Positions 12,700 to 24,315 of a stretch of DNA of 28,301 nucleotides are shown here, in pieces. The translations under genes were made by a program, and so were the position numbers. The notes beneath the pieces were generated by a model. The model made no database searches and had not been told where the DNA came from. It saw only the letters and a program-made list of their open reading frames with translations. This DNA is from Lama guanicoe (taxonomy: Eukaryota), in NCBI GenBank assembly GCA_013239625.1, contig MU054001.1, forward strand, positions 7,117,078 through 7,145,378. Direction: 5' to 3'. Numbering within the stretch: position 1 is the first letter of the stretch; every line of letters begins with the position of its first letter.

Positions 12700-12850
12700 T
12701 GACCCAGGTTCAAATCCCAGCTCTACTACTTGTAAATTTCTTCTTATTCCAATTCTGAAGATGAGGAAACTGAGAGACTAATAACAATATCAACCTCATA
12801 GATTTGTTGTAAGAATGAAATGAAACAATGCACATGAAGCATGTACCGAA
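12700..12850 (+). mobile_element. MIR SINE with inverted core
   Basis: ccaggttcaaatcccagctctactactt and acctcatagatttgttgtaagaatgaaatga are sense MIR; the core at 12744-12777 is antisense. Confidence 0.7.
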
Positions 12851-12874
12851 CGCTTCCTATGTTCCATTACTGTT

Positions 12875-13050
12875 TTAGCAGTTTGTATATAACCTTATTT
12901 GATCCTCACAAAGACCCTGAGGCAGGCACGAGTATTCCCATTTTCAGAGGTGAGAAGACTGAGGCATAGAGACGTTGAGTGATTTATTAAGGTCACACAG
13001 CTCGTCTGTGGCTTCAAACCCAGGCAGTCTAGTTTCAGAGTCTTCACTCT
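12875..13050 (-). mobile_element. MIR SINE
   Basis: atttgatcctcacaaagaccctgagg...cccattttcagaggtgagaagactgaggcatagaga...aaggtcacacagct...ttcaaacccaggcagtct. Confidence 0.85.
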
Positions 13051-13689
13051 TGTTCAGCTGGGAAATCTCACCCACAAGAGGGCAACCAATTCCCAAATCC
13101 AGGTGCTTTTTTTGAGCCTCCTTGTCTTTCCAGGAAGCCTTTTGCCATGCTGTTTTCCTGCCACATGGCCTCAATGTCAATATCAGCTGCTGTATTTGTA
13201 TGTTGCAAATGCTGATTGCCTTTTTATTCAATCAGGTGCCATGTGCACAATTCTTCTTAAAAGAAGGCCTTGAATATTCATAAGGAATATGTTTTTATTA
13301 GCATCACAGTTGCTTTGTCTGACACTGCTGTTCTCTGCAATGATCAGCATTAGCTACTGATTTTGTCAGCTGCTATTTGGTCTCAAAGTTTTAAGAAAAT
13401 TCTATGCTCTGAATGAACGGCTGCAATGATAGTGCTCAACATCTATTTTGTTGGGATTGACGTCTCTAACGTCTGTACGGTGGCAGAGTGGATAGCAGAC
13501 CCACGATCCTAATGTCTTAGGAGCATTCTATCCAAACGAACATTGCATTTTCCAATTTCATGGGTGTTTCCTTGTGGATGCTTACTTGTTTTGCATTTGT
13601 ATAACTTTTCTGAGTTTCATCTCATGAAAAGGGGGCATGTTACTTCAGATGAACACACATGTACACAGAATCATATGTGGAGTTAAACT

Positions 13690-13900
13690 GACAGCTCAAG
13701 CCTATGTGATCAGGGAAGATTTCTTTGTGGAGGCCTTTGAATTGAAGAGAGGGGGACAAATTGTATGAGAAGAGGGGGAGGCTATTTTCAACGTGCATGC
13801 AATGAGATGAAAAAGCCATCACAGGGGACAGTAAGAAGGAGTTAGGCTAGAACAGAAAGAGTACGAGATGGGAGCCTGAGGTAAGAAGGTGCCTGAACTT
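13690..13900 (-). mobile_element. Degenerate LINE-2 fragment
   Basis: gtgatcagggaagatttctttgtggagg...ttgaattga L2-like block. Confidence 0.4.
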
Positions 13901-14689
13901 GAGGGAGTCAGGAGGCAATTCAGTGCTTATCTAAGTGTTTACTTGCTCTACTGAGCCTAAGAGGTGCACATCCTAGGGAGCTAGCCAACCTCCCAAGCCT
14001 CAGTTCTCCCATTGGTTCTGACTTGAATGGGGTGAGACGTGCAGCAGAATTGGCTGTAATGACTGAGCAAGGCTGGGTGGGTGTTGCTCTGCTGCTGTGT
14101 TCTGTGGGTGTGCAGCACATCTTAAGTTTTCTACCACTCAGCTCAGTAGTTCTCAAGGCCCCCAAAATCCAGAACTGGAAGTAGATCTATACTGAGGATG
14201 TGAGCTCTGTCCTGGGGTGGCTTTCGTTGAGTTTCTGGTCATGAGCCAATGTCTCTGCAGCCTTCGGAGTGCTCTGGATAGCTGGAATTGCAGTTGACGA
14301 GGTCTCCAACCACCTCGTTAGCTTTCTCTGTCTCTTCTCCCATCCATGTTGGCCTTTAGCCAAAGCCACCCACGCCTTCCTTCCAATCTTCCATCAGACT
14401 TCCTGTCTGTGACCCCTGCCACTTTGTCCAGTGCTGCTCACTCTGTCTGCAGAGCTGGTGGAAGGCATGGACTTTGGAGGCAGGGCCTTATCTCACCCAA
14501 GGGAAGGCAGGATGCCTTCCTCCTATTCATTATTTTGCCTTCTCCAGCCTCCTCTAGCTCTGTAAGCTAGCAAGTCAAGCTGGTTAAAATCAGTGTGCAC
14601 TGATACCAGTGCCATGGGCCTGCTTGTCATCCTCCTTCAGCTTTCCAGGCCCTTAGAATCAGACCCAATTCAGTTACCTTGGTCCCCAG

Positions 14690-15365
14690 CCCTTGATGAT
14701 CTGCTCCTGTCTGCCTCTCCTCCCCCTTCTCATCATACCCCTTCACACTCACCACCGTCTTGGCTGCTTCCAAACCTCCTTAGACTTGCTGAGGTCCCTC
14801 CTGCCCGCACCCTTGCTGTTCCCTCCCCAACTTTTTGCCTGGGTGTTTCCTTCTCATTTTTCTTTCCAGGGAGGGACTTCAGGGAAAGCCTTTCTGAACA
14901 AGGACTGCTAATATATTCTTTTCCATCAGGCATTTACAAATAAACACCCCCTCAAAAAATCATAGTTTTTAATTTGTTCAACACCAACCTTTCTGGATGT
15001 CTGTAAGTTCCACGAGAGCAGGGATGATACCTTTAGCTCTTCACTGTACTCTCCTAAGCCCAGGGCTGCCAGGAGCCCAGATGGTGCAAAGTGGAACCTT
15101 TCTCATGGTGCTTGATATACCTACTGGAAAATTGTTTTAGCACATTGATTTTGTTAGGACAAGGCACACTGTTACCAACTGCTAGAAAACAATCATAATG
15201 AATATACTATTTTGTGCTATTTATGATGTGACCAGTGTCCCTTAGATATGGTGTCCTTGTACAGTGTGTAAATTGTGCAACTGTACCTGACAACCCTCCC
15301 CATCACCTGCCACAGGGCCTGGAACATGATAAATGCTTGTTGAATGAATTAACTAGTTAATGGAT
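14690..15365 (+). mobile_element. LINE-2 3' fragment interrupted by a MER91-like element
   Basis: cttgctgttccctc, cagggaaagcctttctga, ctgtaagttccacgagagcaggga, then after 15298 cacagggcctggaacat...aaatgcttgttgaatgaatt. Confidence 0.7.
15061..15298 (-). mobile_element. MER91-like non-autonomous hAT-Tip100 DNA transposon
   Basis: Degenerate TIRs cagggctgcca / tgacaaccctc; right end reverse-complements to agggttgtcaggtacagttgcacaatttacacactgtacaaggacaccatatctaaggg, like the MER91 5' end; TSD not preserved. Confidence 0.7.
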
Positions 15366-15399
15366 AAGTTGCTCTGAAAGCAGGGTAAGATCAATGGAT

Positions 15400-15532
15400 T
15401 CAGAAGATGGCCAGCTGTTCAGCCTGAGCACAGACTGGCAACCCCAACCATAGTAACAAATGACTGTTGGTTTAAGCAACTGACTTTTGGGGTGATTGGT
15501 TATGTAGTATTTTCCAAGCAACAGCTGATACA
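15400..15532 (+). mobile_element. MLT1 LTR 3' fragment
   Basis: tgttggtttaagcaactgacttttggggtgattggttatgtagta...ctgataca matches the MLT1 3' terminus. Confidence 0.65.
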
Positions 15533-17481
15533 AAATACAAAATATAAGGGGCTGACCAGTCAACACTCCGCAGAGAACCTGCCACCTCTCTCTGGCTGAA
15601 ATAATGGGCGGTCTTGCCAACAGCTGACAATCCAGGGATGAAACTGAAAATGCAACTGCTTCCTCAGGGACATCACAGCAGGAAAAAATGGAAAAGATTC
15701 TGCCTTTGAGTGCGAGTCCCTTGATTATGGGTGTGTTCGTGGTTTCCCTGAGGACAAGGATTTGGGTATGGTTGGTTTCTCTGGATTTGATCCCAGGAAG
15801 CTGGAGTGAGGGAGCAGAGAGACTGACACTTTTCCTACAAAGTATCTGTATTTTCCGGGGATCAAACAGCACCTGTGAGCAACTGCTGACAGCTTTAGAC
15901 CCAGGGAGTCCACTGTTAAGTCTAACCTGGGCAAGTCTGCTGTTTCTGGAATGCCCCCTCCCCTCACCTGTTTAATCAACACACCACCAGCCAGAGGAAT
16001 GGGTACAGCCCTTTCACCCCCTCTTATGATTTGTTACCTGTCTAATGCAGTGGGGAGCCCAGGGCTCAGGACTCTGAGGGCTGGGCAGGCAGGGGTCACT
16101 GGTCCTCCTCCCAGAGATGATGACCCATCATCCCAGAACTGATCCTCACTCCCCACTCTTCCCCCGAGCCCCAGCCTCGTCTCCAATCTGGACTCAGTTG
16201 ACCTTGTAGGATGCTTCTTTCTGGGGCCCTGAGGGCCTTTTCTTACCCACAGTTTCAGTTAGGACCATCTTAACCCCCTAGGTGTCCTCAGCCTGTCAGA
16301 GCTCTGAATGGAGGATGAGTCTTCCTGATTTTCCTCTCCTTGACCCTTTTGCAGATTTGCCCTCCCCCTCCCCAGGCCCCTTCCCCTGGAGGTGATGTGC
16401 CACCGAATGTCCTGTCACCCCTCCCCTCAGGGGCCTCACCTCCCCTTGAATGCAGAAGGGACACTCAAGGGACTCTTCTCAGAAACAGAAAGACATTTTT
16501 TCATCCTAGCCTGAGAAGCTGGCTGGTAGCATTTCCTGAAAACAAACACAACTATTTTTCATTCCATCAAATTGATGTATTTGTGTTCTTCTTAAGCTTG
16601 TGTTTGAACTCAGGGCCCTGAGGTGAGAAGAAATTGGAAAGCTGAGATCTGTGCTGCTCTGACACATTGTGGGTCCCCTTGGTGAGAATGAACCTTTTCA
16701 CTAATTTTCCTGTCACCTTCCCAGGCTGGGGCCTCACTCATTTTGAACATGTGGTGACCACACATGCACACACACCACCCACCCCCAATGCTGTCCCTGG
16801 GTTCTGAATTCCAAACAGTCCCCACTTCACTGAGCTGGTTTTAAAAGCAGGATAAAGATCAGACTAGTGGAGGAGGAAGGGGAGGTATGGCTGGAGGACT
16901 GTAGAGCTGTAAACCTGCAGGCATCTGGGGCTGATTTAAGACAATTCTAATTTAAGCAGCTGTCTTAGCACAGCTGGCTGCCCTGGTGTCCACCAGCCAT
17001 TGAGCAAAGAATACATTTAACACAATTTGTTCAGGCAATGCCACAAAAGGTTCTAACCAGAATATGGCCTTGGAGGTGGCAATAGTGAATGGAACTTTTG
17101 ACATCTGGAAGCCTCCATTCAAACAAAAAGGGAACAGAACCAGGCCTTGTCAGGGCTGTGACAACCACAGAACAAAAAGGAGGCCCCACTGAACAAACAA
17201 AGCAGGCTCTGGTCACTGTAACACCTACCACAGCCCCAGTCAAAGGGATAACAGCCAACACACATGGAAGAAAGACATGTCAACCATCCATACTAAGAAC
17301 AGATCTGTGACAAAATTATTAGGGGTGCCCAGTTTACACAGGAACACACTCTCTTTTAAATTTTTTTTAAATCAATTTTTTTTGGTTTTATTTCCACATC
17401 CTCTTAAAAAAAAAAACCCTTCAAGACCACAGTAGATAACTGATACTCCATAATCCACAGTGCCAGAGAGATATAACTAAA

Positions 17482-18372
17482 GTGAAGAAGCAGAGGAACT
17501 ACTCCCAATTAAAAGAACAAGAGAAATCCCCTGAAAGAATGACCAGTGAAATAGACCATGGTAGTCTACTAGATCATGACTTCAAAAAGGGAGTGATCAA
17601 AGCACTGAAGGAATGCAAAGAGACTATGAATAGAGACAGAGAATATTTTAAAAAGGAAATTGAAACTATAAAGAAGAGCCAATTAAAAACAGAAAACTCA
17701 ATGGCAGAGATAAGAGCTGAGCTAAAGGCAGACAAAAGCAGACTAGACAATGCAGAGGAATAAAAAAGTGACTTAGAAGACAGGATAACAGAAGTCACCC
17801 AATAAGAACGGCTGACAGAAAAGCAAGTGAAAACCAATGAAAGCAATATGATAGACCTATGGGATAATACAAAGCATGCCAACCTACATATAACAGGGGT
17901 CCCAGAAGAAGAAGGAGCAAAGGGGATTGAAAAGGTATTTGAAGAAATCATGACTGAAAACTTTCCACACCTAAAGAAGGAAACAGATATCCAAGTACAG
18001 GAAGTACAGAGGGAAGGGACCCCAAAAAGAAGAACCCAAACAGACCCACACCAAGACATATTATAATCAAGATGGCCAAGGTTAAAGATAAAGAAATGAT
18101 TCTAAAGGCAGCAAGAGAAAAACAAAGACTTAGTTACAAAGGAACTCCCATAAGGCTTTCAGCTGATATCTCTACACAAACACTGCTGGCCAGAAGGGAG
18201 TGGCAAGATATATTCAAAGTTCTGAATGAGAAAAAGCTGCAGCCTAGGATACTCTATCCAGCAAGGCTTTTAGGGCAGAAAGAGAGATAAAGAATTTCAC
18301 AGATAACAAAAACTAAAAGAATTCAGCAATACTAAACCTATGCTAAAAGGAACATTGAAAGGTATACTCTAA
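17482..18372 (+). pseudogene. L1 ORF1 (RNA-binding protein), disrupted
   Basis: Fragments KKQRNYSQLKEQEKSPE, NLHITGVPEEE, EEIMTENFP, ILKAAREK...YKGTPIRLSADIS...ARREWQDIFKVL...PRILYPA; start codon reads GTG, stop at 17761, several frameshifts; terminal TAA 18370-18372. Confidence 0.93.
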
Positions 18373-21366
18373 ACAGAAAAGAAACAGGATGGTATAGAAA
18401 TGAGAAAACAATAATTGGAAATTCAATAACTACAATGAGTTGCAAGAGAATAAAAATGAAGATGTAAAAGAGGACACCAAAATCATTAATGGTGGGAGAA
18501 GGGAGCAAGAAAATACAGATTTCTTTTTCTTTTTCTTCATTCTTTTTAGTATATGTTTGAGCTTATACGACTATCAGTTTAAAGCAAACAGATATAGTAA
18601 TGGGTTAATATACTTGAAAAACAGGGTAATCACATGTCAAAAGCATACAATAGAGTCACAAAACCCAAAAATAAACCAAGCTAATACAAAAGAAAATTAT
18701 TAAACCACAAAAATGAAAAAGAAATGAACAAAGAAGAAATGCCAAATCAACTGGAAAGCTAAGTTCAAAATGGTAATAAACACATATCTATCAATAATTA
18801 CTGTAAATGTCAATGGACTAAATTCTCCAATCAAAAGACATAGAGTGGCAGACTGGATAATAAACCAAGAACCTACAATATGCTGCATACAAGAGACCCA
18901 CTTTGGAGTGAAGGACACATAGATTGAAAGTGAGAGGATGGAAAAAGATATTTCATGCAAATGGAAATGACAAGAAAGTAGGAGTAGCAATACTGATTTC
19001 AGACAAAATAGACTTTAAAACAAAGGCCATAAAGAAAGATAAAGAAGGACACTATATAATGATCAAAGGAGCAATATGAGATGAGGATATTATACCTGTT
19101 AACATATATGCACCCAATATAGGAGCATCTAAGTACATAAAGCAAATACTAACAGATATAAAGGGGAGAAATTGATGGGAACACAATCATTGTAGGAGAC
19201 TTTAACACCCCATTAACATCACTGAACAGATCTTCCAGACAGAAAATCAATAAGACAACATAGATATAAATGACACAATAGAACAGTTGGACTTGGTTGA
19301 TATTTTTAGTACATTACATCCCCCCAAAATAGAATATACATTTTTTTCAAGTGTGCATGAACCATTCTCTAGGACAGATCATGTACTTGGGCACAAAAGA
19401 AGCCTCAACATTTTAAGAGGACAGAAATTATTTCAAGCATCTTTTCTGACCACAATGCCATGAAATTAGAAATCAACCACAGAAAAACAAATGAGAAAAA
19501 AAATGACAGCATGGAGATTAAACATCATGCTACTGAAAAACCAATGGGTCAATGATGAAGTCAAAGAAGAAATTAAAAAATACTTTGAGACATATGACAA
19601 TGAAAATATAACCACACAAAATCAATGGGATACAGCAAAAGCAGTCCTAAGAGGGAAGTTCATAGCAATACAGGACTTCCTCAAAAAAGAACAAACTCAA
19701 ATAAACAGCCTAACTTATCACCTAAAATAATTAGAAAAAGAAGAGCAAACAAAACCAAAAGTCTGCAGAAGGAAGGAAATAATAAAGATCAGGGAGGAAA
19801 TAAATGAAATAGAGATTAAAAAATTAATAGAAAAATATCAATCAAACCAAGAGCTGATTTTTTGAAAGGGGAAAAAAATTGACATACCTCTGGCCAGGCT
19901 CACAAGAAGAAAAGAGAGAACACATACACATACACACAAAAACAAAGTAAGAAAGGAAAATGGAGAAATTACAACCAATACCACAGAAATAGAAAAAAAA
20001 AGGATAATATTATGAACAACAATATGGAAACAAATTGGGCAACCTAGAAAAAACAGACACTTTTCTGGAAACATACAATCCACTAAGACTGAATCAAGAA
20101 GAAATAGACCACTTGAACAGATCAATCACTAGAAATGAAATAAAAAACCTCCCTACAAACAAAAGTCCAGGACTGGATGGCTTCACTGGGGAATTCTACC
20201 AAACATACAAAGAACTCATACCAGTCCTTCTCAAACTCTTCCAGATGATTGAAAAGGAGGGAATACTCCCAAACTCATCCTATGAAGCCACCATCACCGT
20301 GATACCAAAACCTGGCAAAGACACTACTAAAAAAGAAAATTATAGGCCAATATCACTGATGAACATAGATGCAAAAATCCTCAACAAAATATTAGCAAAC
20401 AGAGTCCAGCAGCACATAAAAAAGATCATACACCATGATCAAGTTGGATTCATCCCAGGGGCACAAGGATAGCTCAATAACAAATCAATCAATGTGATAT
20501 ACCACATCCATAAAAGAATGGACAAAAACCACATGATCATCTCAATAGATGCAGAAAAAGCATTTGATAAAATTCAATACCTATTTATGATAAAAAGTTT
20601 TACCAAAGCGGTTATAAAGGAAACATATCTCAACATAATAAAAGCTATTTATGACAAACCTGTGGCCAGCATAGCACTCAATTGTGAAAAACTGAAAGCC
20701 TTCCCACTAAAATCTGGAACAAGACAAGGATGCCCACTCTCACCACTTCTATTCAACATAGTCTTGGAAGTCCAAGCCACAGCAATCAGGCAAGAAAAAG
20801 AAATAAAAGGGATGCAAACTGGAAGAGAGGAGGTTAAAATTGTCATTATATGCAAATGACATGATACTATATATATAGAAAACCCTAAAAGCTCCACACA
20901 AAAACTGCTAGAGCTGACAAAAGAATTTAGCAAGGTAGCAGGATACAAGATTAACATACAAAACAATCACTTGCATTTCTTTATATGAACAATGAATTTG
21001 CAGGAAAAGAAAGTAAAAAAACAATCCCTTTTAAAATTGCATCCAAAACATAAAATACATAAAAATAAGTCAGACCAAAGAGGTGAAAGATTTCTACATG
21101 GAAAACTATAAAACATTGATTAAGGAAATTAAAGAAGACTTTAAAAAATGGAAAGATATCCTATGCTCTTAGATCAGAAGAATCAATATCATTAAAATGT
21201 CCATACTCCTCAAGGCAATCTACAGATTTAATGTGATCCCTCTCAAATTACCAAGCACATTTTTTACAGAACTAGAATAAGCAATCCTAAAATTTATATG
21301 GGATCACAAAATATCCAGAATTGCCAAAGCAACATTGAAGAAAAAGAATGAAGCTGGAGGAATAAC

Positions 21367-21938
21367 GCTCCCAGACTTACAATACTACAGGGCTACGTAA
21401 TCTAAACAGCATGGCATTGTCATAAAAACAGACATATGGATCAATGGAACAGAACAGAGAGCCCAGAAATAAATCCACAGACCTATGGTCAATTAATATT
21501 TGATGAAAGAGGCAAGAATATACAATGGAGAAAACTGTTGGTGGTGTTGGGAAAACTGGATAACAGCATGTAAATCAATAAAGTTAGAACAATCCCTCAC
21601 TTCATACACAAAAATAAACTCAAAATGGCTTAAAGACTTAAATATAATACAAGCTCCCAGACTTACAATACTACAGGGCTACGTAATCTAAACAGCATGG
21701 CATTGTCATAAAAACAGACATATGGATCAATGGAACAGAACAGAGAGCCCAGAAATAAATCCACAGACCTATGGTCAATTAATATTTGATGAAAGAGGCA
21801 AGAATATACAATGGAGAAAACTGTTGGTGGTGTTGGGAAAACTGGATAACAGCATGTAAATCAATAAAGTTAGAACAATCCCTCACTTCATACACAAAAA
21901 TAAACTCAAAATGGCTTAAAGACTTAAATATAATACAA
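21367..21938 (+). repeat. Perfect 286-bp tandem duplication inside ORF2
   Basis: 21367-21652 equals 21653-21938 by eye; ORF starts 21500 and 21786 are 286 apart. Confidence 0.95.
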
Positions 21939-22248
21939 GACACGATAAATCTCCTAGAAGAAAATATAGGAAAAACATTCTCTGACATAAATCTTAGCAA
22001 TGTTCTCCTAGGGCAAATTTGATGAAAGAGGCAAGAATATACAATGGAGAAAACTGTTGGTGGTGTTGGGAAAACTGGATAACAGCATGTAAATCAATAA
22101 AGTTAGAACAATCCCTCACTTCATACACAAAAATAAACTCAAAATGGCTTAAAGACTTAAATATAATACAAGACACGATAAATCTCCTAGAAGAAAATAT
22201 AGGAAAAACATTCTCTGACATAAATCTTAGCAATGTTCTCCTAGGGCA
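21784..22248 (+). repeat. Perfect 232-bp tandem duplication with a 1-bp spacer inside ORF2
   Basis: 21784-22015 equals 22017-22248 with one extra A at 22016; ORF starts 21786 and 22019 are 233 apart. Confidence 0.95.
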
Positions 22249-22917
22249 GTCTACCCTGGCAATACATATAAGAGTGAAAATAAACAAATGGGATCTAATT
22301 AAACTCATAAGCTTTTGCACAGCATAGAAAACCATAAGCAAAACTAAAAGACAACCTATGGGATGGGAGAAAATATTTGCAAATGATGTGACTGACAACA
22401 GCTTAATTTCCAGAATATATAAACAGCTCATAAAACTTAATAAGAAAAAAACAAACAACCCAATTCATAAATGGGCAGAAGACCCAAACAAGAAATTCTC
22501 TAAAAGACATACAAATGGCCAACAGGCACGTGAAAAAACGTTCAATACTGCTAATTATCAGAGAAATGCAAATCAAAACTACAATGAGGTATCACCTCAC
22601 ACTAGTCAGAATGGCCATCATTCAAAACTCCACAAATGATAAATGCTGGAGAGGATTTGGAGAAAAGGCAACCCTCGTACACTGTTGGTGGGAATGTAGT
22701 TTGGTGTAGCCATTATAGAAAACAGTATGGAGATTCCTCAAAAAACTAAAAATAGACCTATCATATGATCCAGAAATCCCACTTCTGGGAATATCTCCAG
22801 AGGGAACTCTAATTTGAAAAGGCACCTGCACCCCAATGTTCACAGCAGCACTATTTACAATAGCCAAGACATGGAAACAGCCTAAATGTCCATCAACAGA
22901 TGACTGGATAAAGAAGT

Positions 22918-23174
22918 GGTATATTTGTACAATGGAATACTACTCAGCCATAAAAACTGACAACATAATGCCATTTGCAGCAACATGGATGCTCCTGGAG
23001 AATGTCATTCTAAGTGAAGTAAGCCCGAAAGAGAAAGAAAAATACCACATGAGATCACTCATATGTGGAATATGTGACAATGAATATATATATGTTCATG
23101 TATAACTGAAAAATTGTGCTTTACACTGGAATTTGACACAACATTGTAAAATAAATCAATAGATGTTAAAAAAA
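22918..23174 (+). mobile_element. Nested 5'-truncated L1 3' fragment of another subfamily, with internal 3'UTR deletion and poly(A)
   Basis: Flanked by aaagaagt (22910-22917 and 23175-23182); ends in tgtt(a)10; shares aaaaactgacaac and atgctcct with the 27.6-28.3 kb L1, not with the host copy at 23183-23340. Confidence 0.8.
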
Positions 23175-23586
23175 AAAGAAGTTGTGGTGTATTTATACAG
23201 TGGAATACTACTCAGCCATAAAAAAGAATAAAATAATGCCACTTCAACATCATGGTGGACCTAGAGATCATGATTCTCAGTGAAGCAAGCCAGAAATAAA
23301 TGAAAAATACCATATGATACCATGCATATGTGGAATCTAAAAAAAAAAGCACACTATGAACTCAAATACAAAACAGGAACAGACTTGTAGACTTAGTAAA
23401 CAATCTTATGGTTACCTGGGAAAGAGGGTGGGAAGGGATAAATTTGGGAGTTTGAGATTTATAAATGTTATCCACTACATATAAAAATAGATTTTTAAAA
23501 ACCCTATGTTTATTGTGTAAGAAAGAAACTTCAAGTAGGCCCAGTATGGGGTCTGGCACCACTGGACCCTCAAAATTCATGGTCCT

Positions 23587-24118
23587 TGTAGAGGAACAAA
23601 GACTTTCCTTCTACCTTTTTAGGTTTGATAACTGGGTCTATGAAATAGACAATATGTGAATTAACAGGAGGAAATTAATTATTAGTCTTATGTGCACCGC
23701 AGCATCAGGAGAAAAAAAGGAAGTACCTAAAAAATCAGTGAGCTTATATACTATCTTAACAGGGGAAGAGGAGGGAAATAAAAATAAAGATGACTTAGGG
23801 GAGAGGAAATGATTTTTAAGAAAGATAAATGGACCCTTAGAAGAATGGACGGGAGATATAATGGTCTGTGACCAAGTCTGCCTGGGTGTAGTGTGACTTC
23901 CAGTCTCCCTGCTGTGATGAGTCAGCATCCCTGGTTGATGAAATTTGGAGAAAGGAGATTGAAGACAACTGAATTCCTTTGAGAGGGTGTGTCTTTGGCC
24001 AACAAGGGGAGTTCACAGAAACCTCTCCCAGTGTTTGCTGCTTCTCAAGTGCCTTTAGTTCAAAATAATCAATATACCAACTTGGCATAGATTGGGATGG
24101 TGTGTCTGAACTCCTTCA
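23587..24118 (-). mobile_element. MER34-like ERV1 solo LTR
   Basis: Minus strand begins tgaaggagttcagacacaccatcccaatctatgccaagttggtatattgattattttgaactaaaggcacttgagaagcagca and ends ctcctgttaattc...ttcctctaca; flanks tcct / ttct as a degenerate 4-bp TSD. Confidence 0.8.
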
Positions 24119-24199
24119 TTCTTCCACAGCTGAAGCTAAGGAATGGAGTTCAGGCTGGCTCTCTCCTAAACAAGCTGTGCTAAGCAGGACATTTTCTGT

Positions 24200-24315
24200 T
24201 TGTATATTATCCCTGATTTGTAGTTGAGGGCACTGAAGCAGAAAGAGCAAATCACTTGTCCAAACTCACATAGGAGCTGGGATTTGAACCCAGGCTGGCT
24301 GATTTTTAGACTATT
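24200..24315 (-). mobile_element. MIR SINE fragment
   Basis: attatccctgatttgtagttgagggcactgaagcagaaagag...acttgtccaa...gagctgggatttgaacccagg. Confidence 0.75.

Larger units (their letters stand above)
18770..23340 (+). pseudogene. L1 ORF2 (APE endonuclease / reverse transcriptase), disrupted
   Basis: ATG 18770 reads MVINTYLSIITVNVNGLNSPIKR...[62 protein letters not shown]; catalytic YADD reads YAND (20849-20860); C-terminal [15 protein letters not shown]; many stops and frameshifts. Confidence 0.95.
17100..23500 (+). mobile_element. Near full-length inactivated LINE-1 (partial 5'UTR, ORF1, ~400-bp spacer, ORF2, partial 3'UTR)
   Basis: A-rich sense strand; ORF1p and ORF2p fragments in the correct order; 3'UTR to ~23500. 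No poly(A) or TSD for the whole element was found; 5' boundary approximate. Confidence 0.95.

Noticed and set aside
272..17310. Many 60-170 aa ORFs as host genes
   Set aside because: No recognisable domains, overlapping on both strands, many lie within L2, MIR or LTR remnants and start at non-ATG codons; consistent with chance ORFs.
21500..22327. Three ORFs starting [15 protein letters not shown] as a tandem gene family or array
   Set aside because: Explained by the internal duplications of a frameshifted L1 ORF2; there is no repeat-spacer structure.
17574..22867. Hydrophobic minus-strand ORFs (17574-18059, 20649-20966, 21994-22458 and others)
   Set aside because: Antisense shadows of A-rich L1 coding sequence, a common source of spurious membrane-protein calls.
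17100..23500. Active L1
   Set aside because: ORF1 and ORF2 carry multiple stops and frameshifts, the RT motif is YAND, and no CpG-rich promoter is evident.
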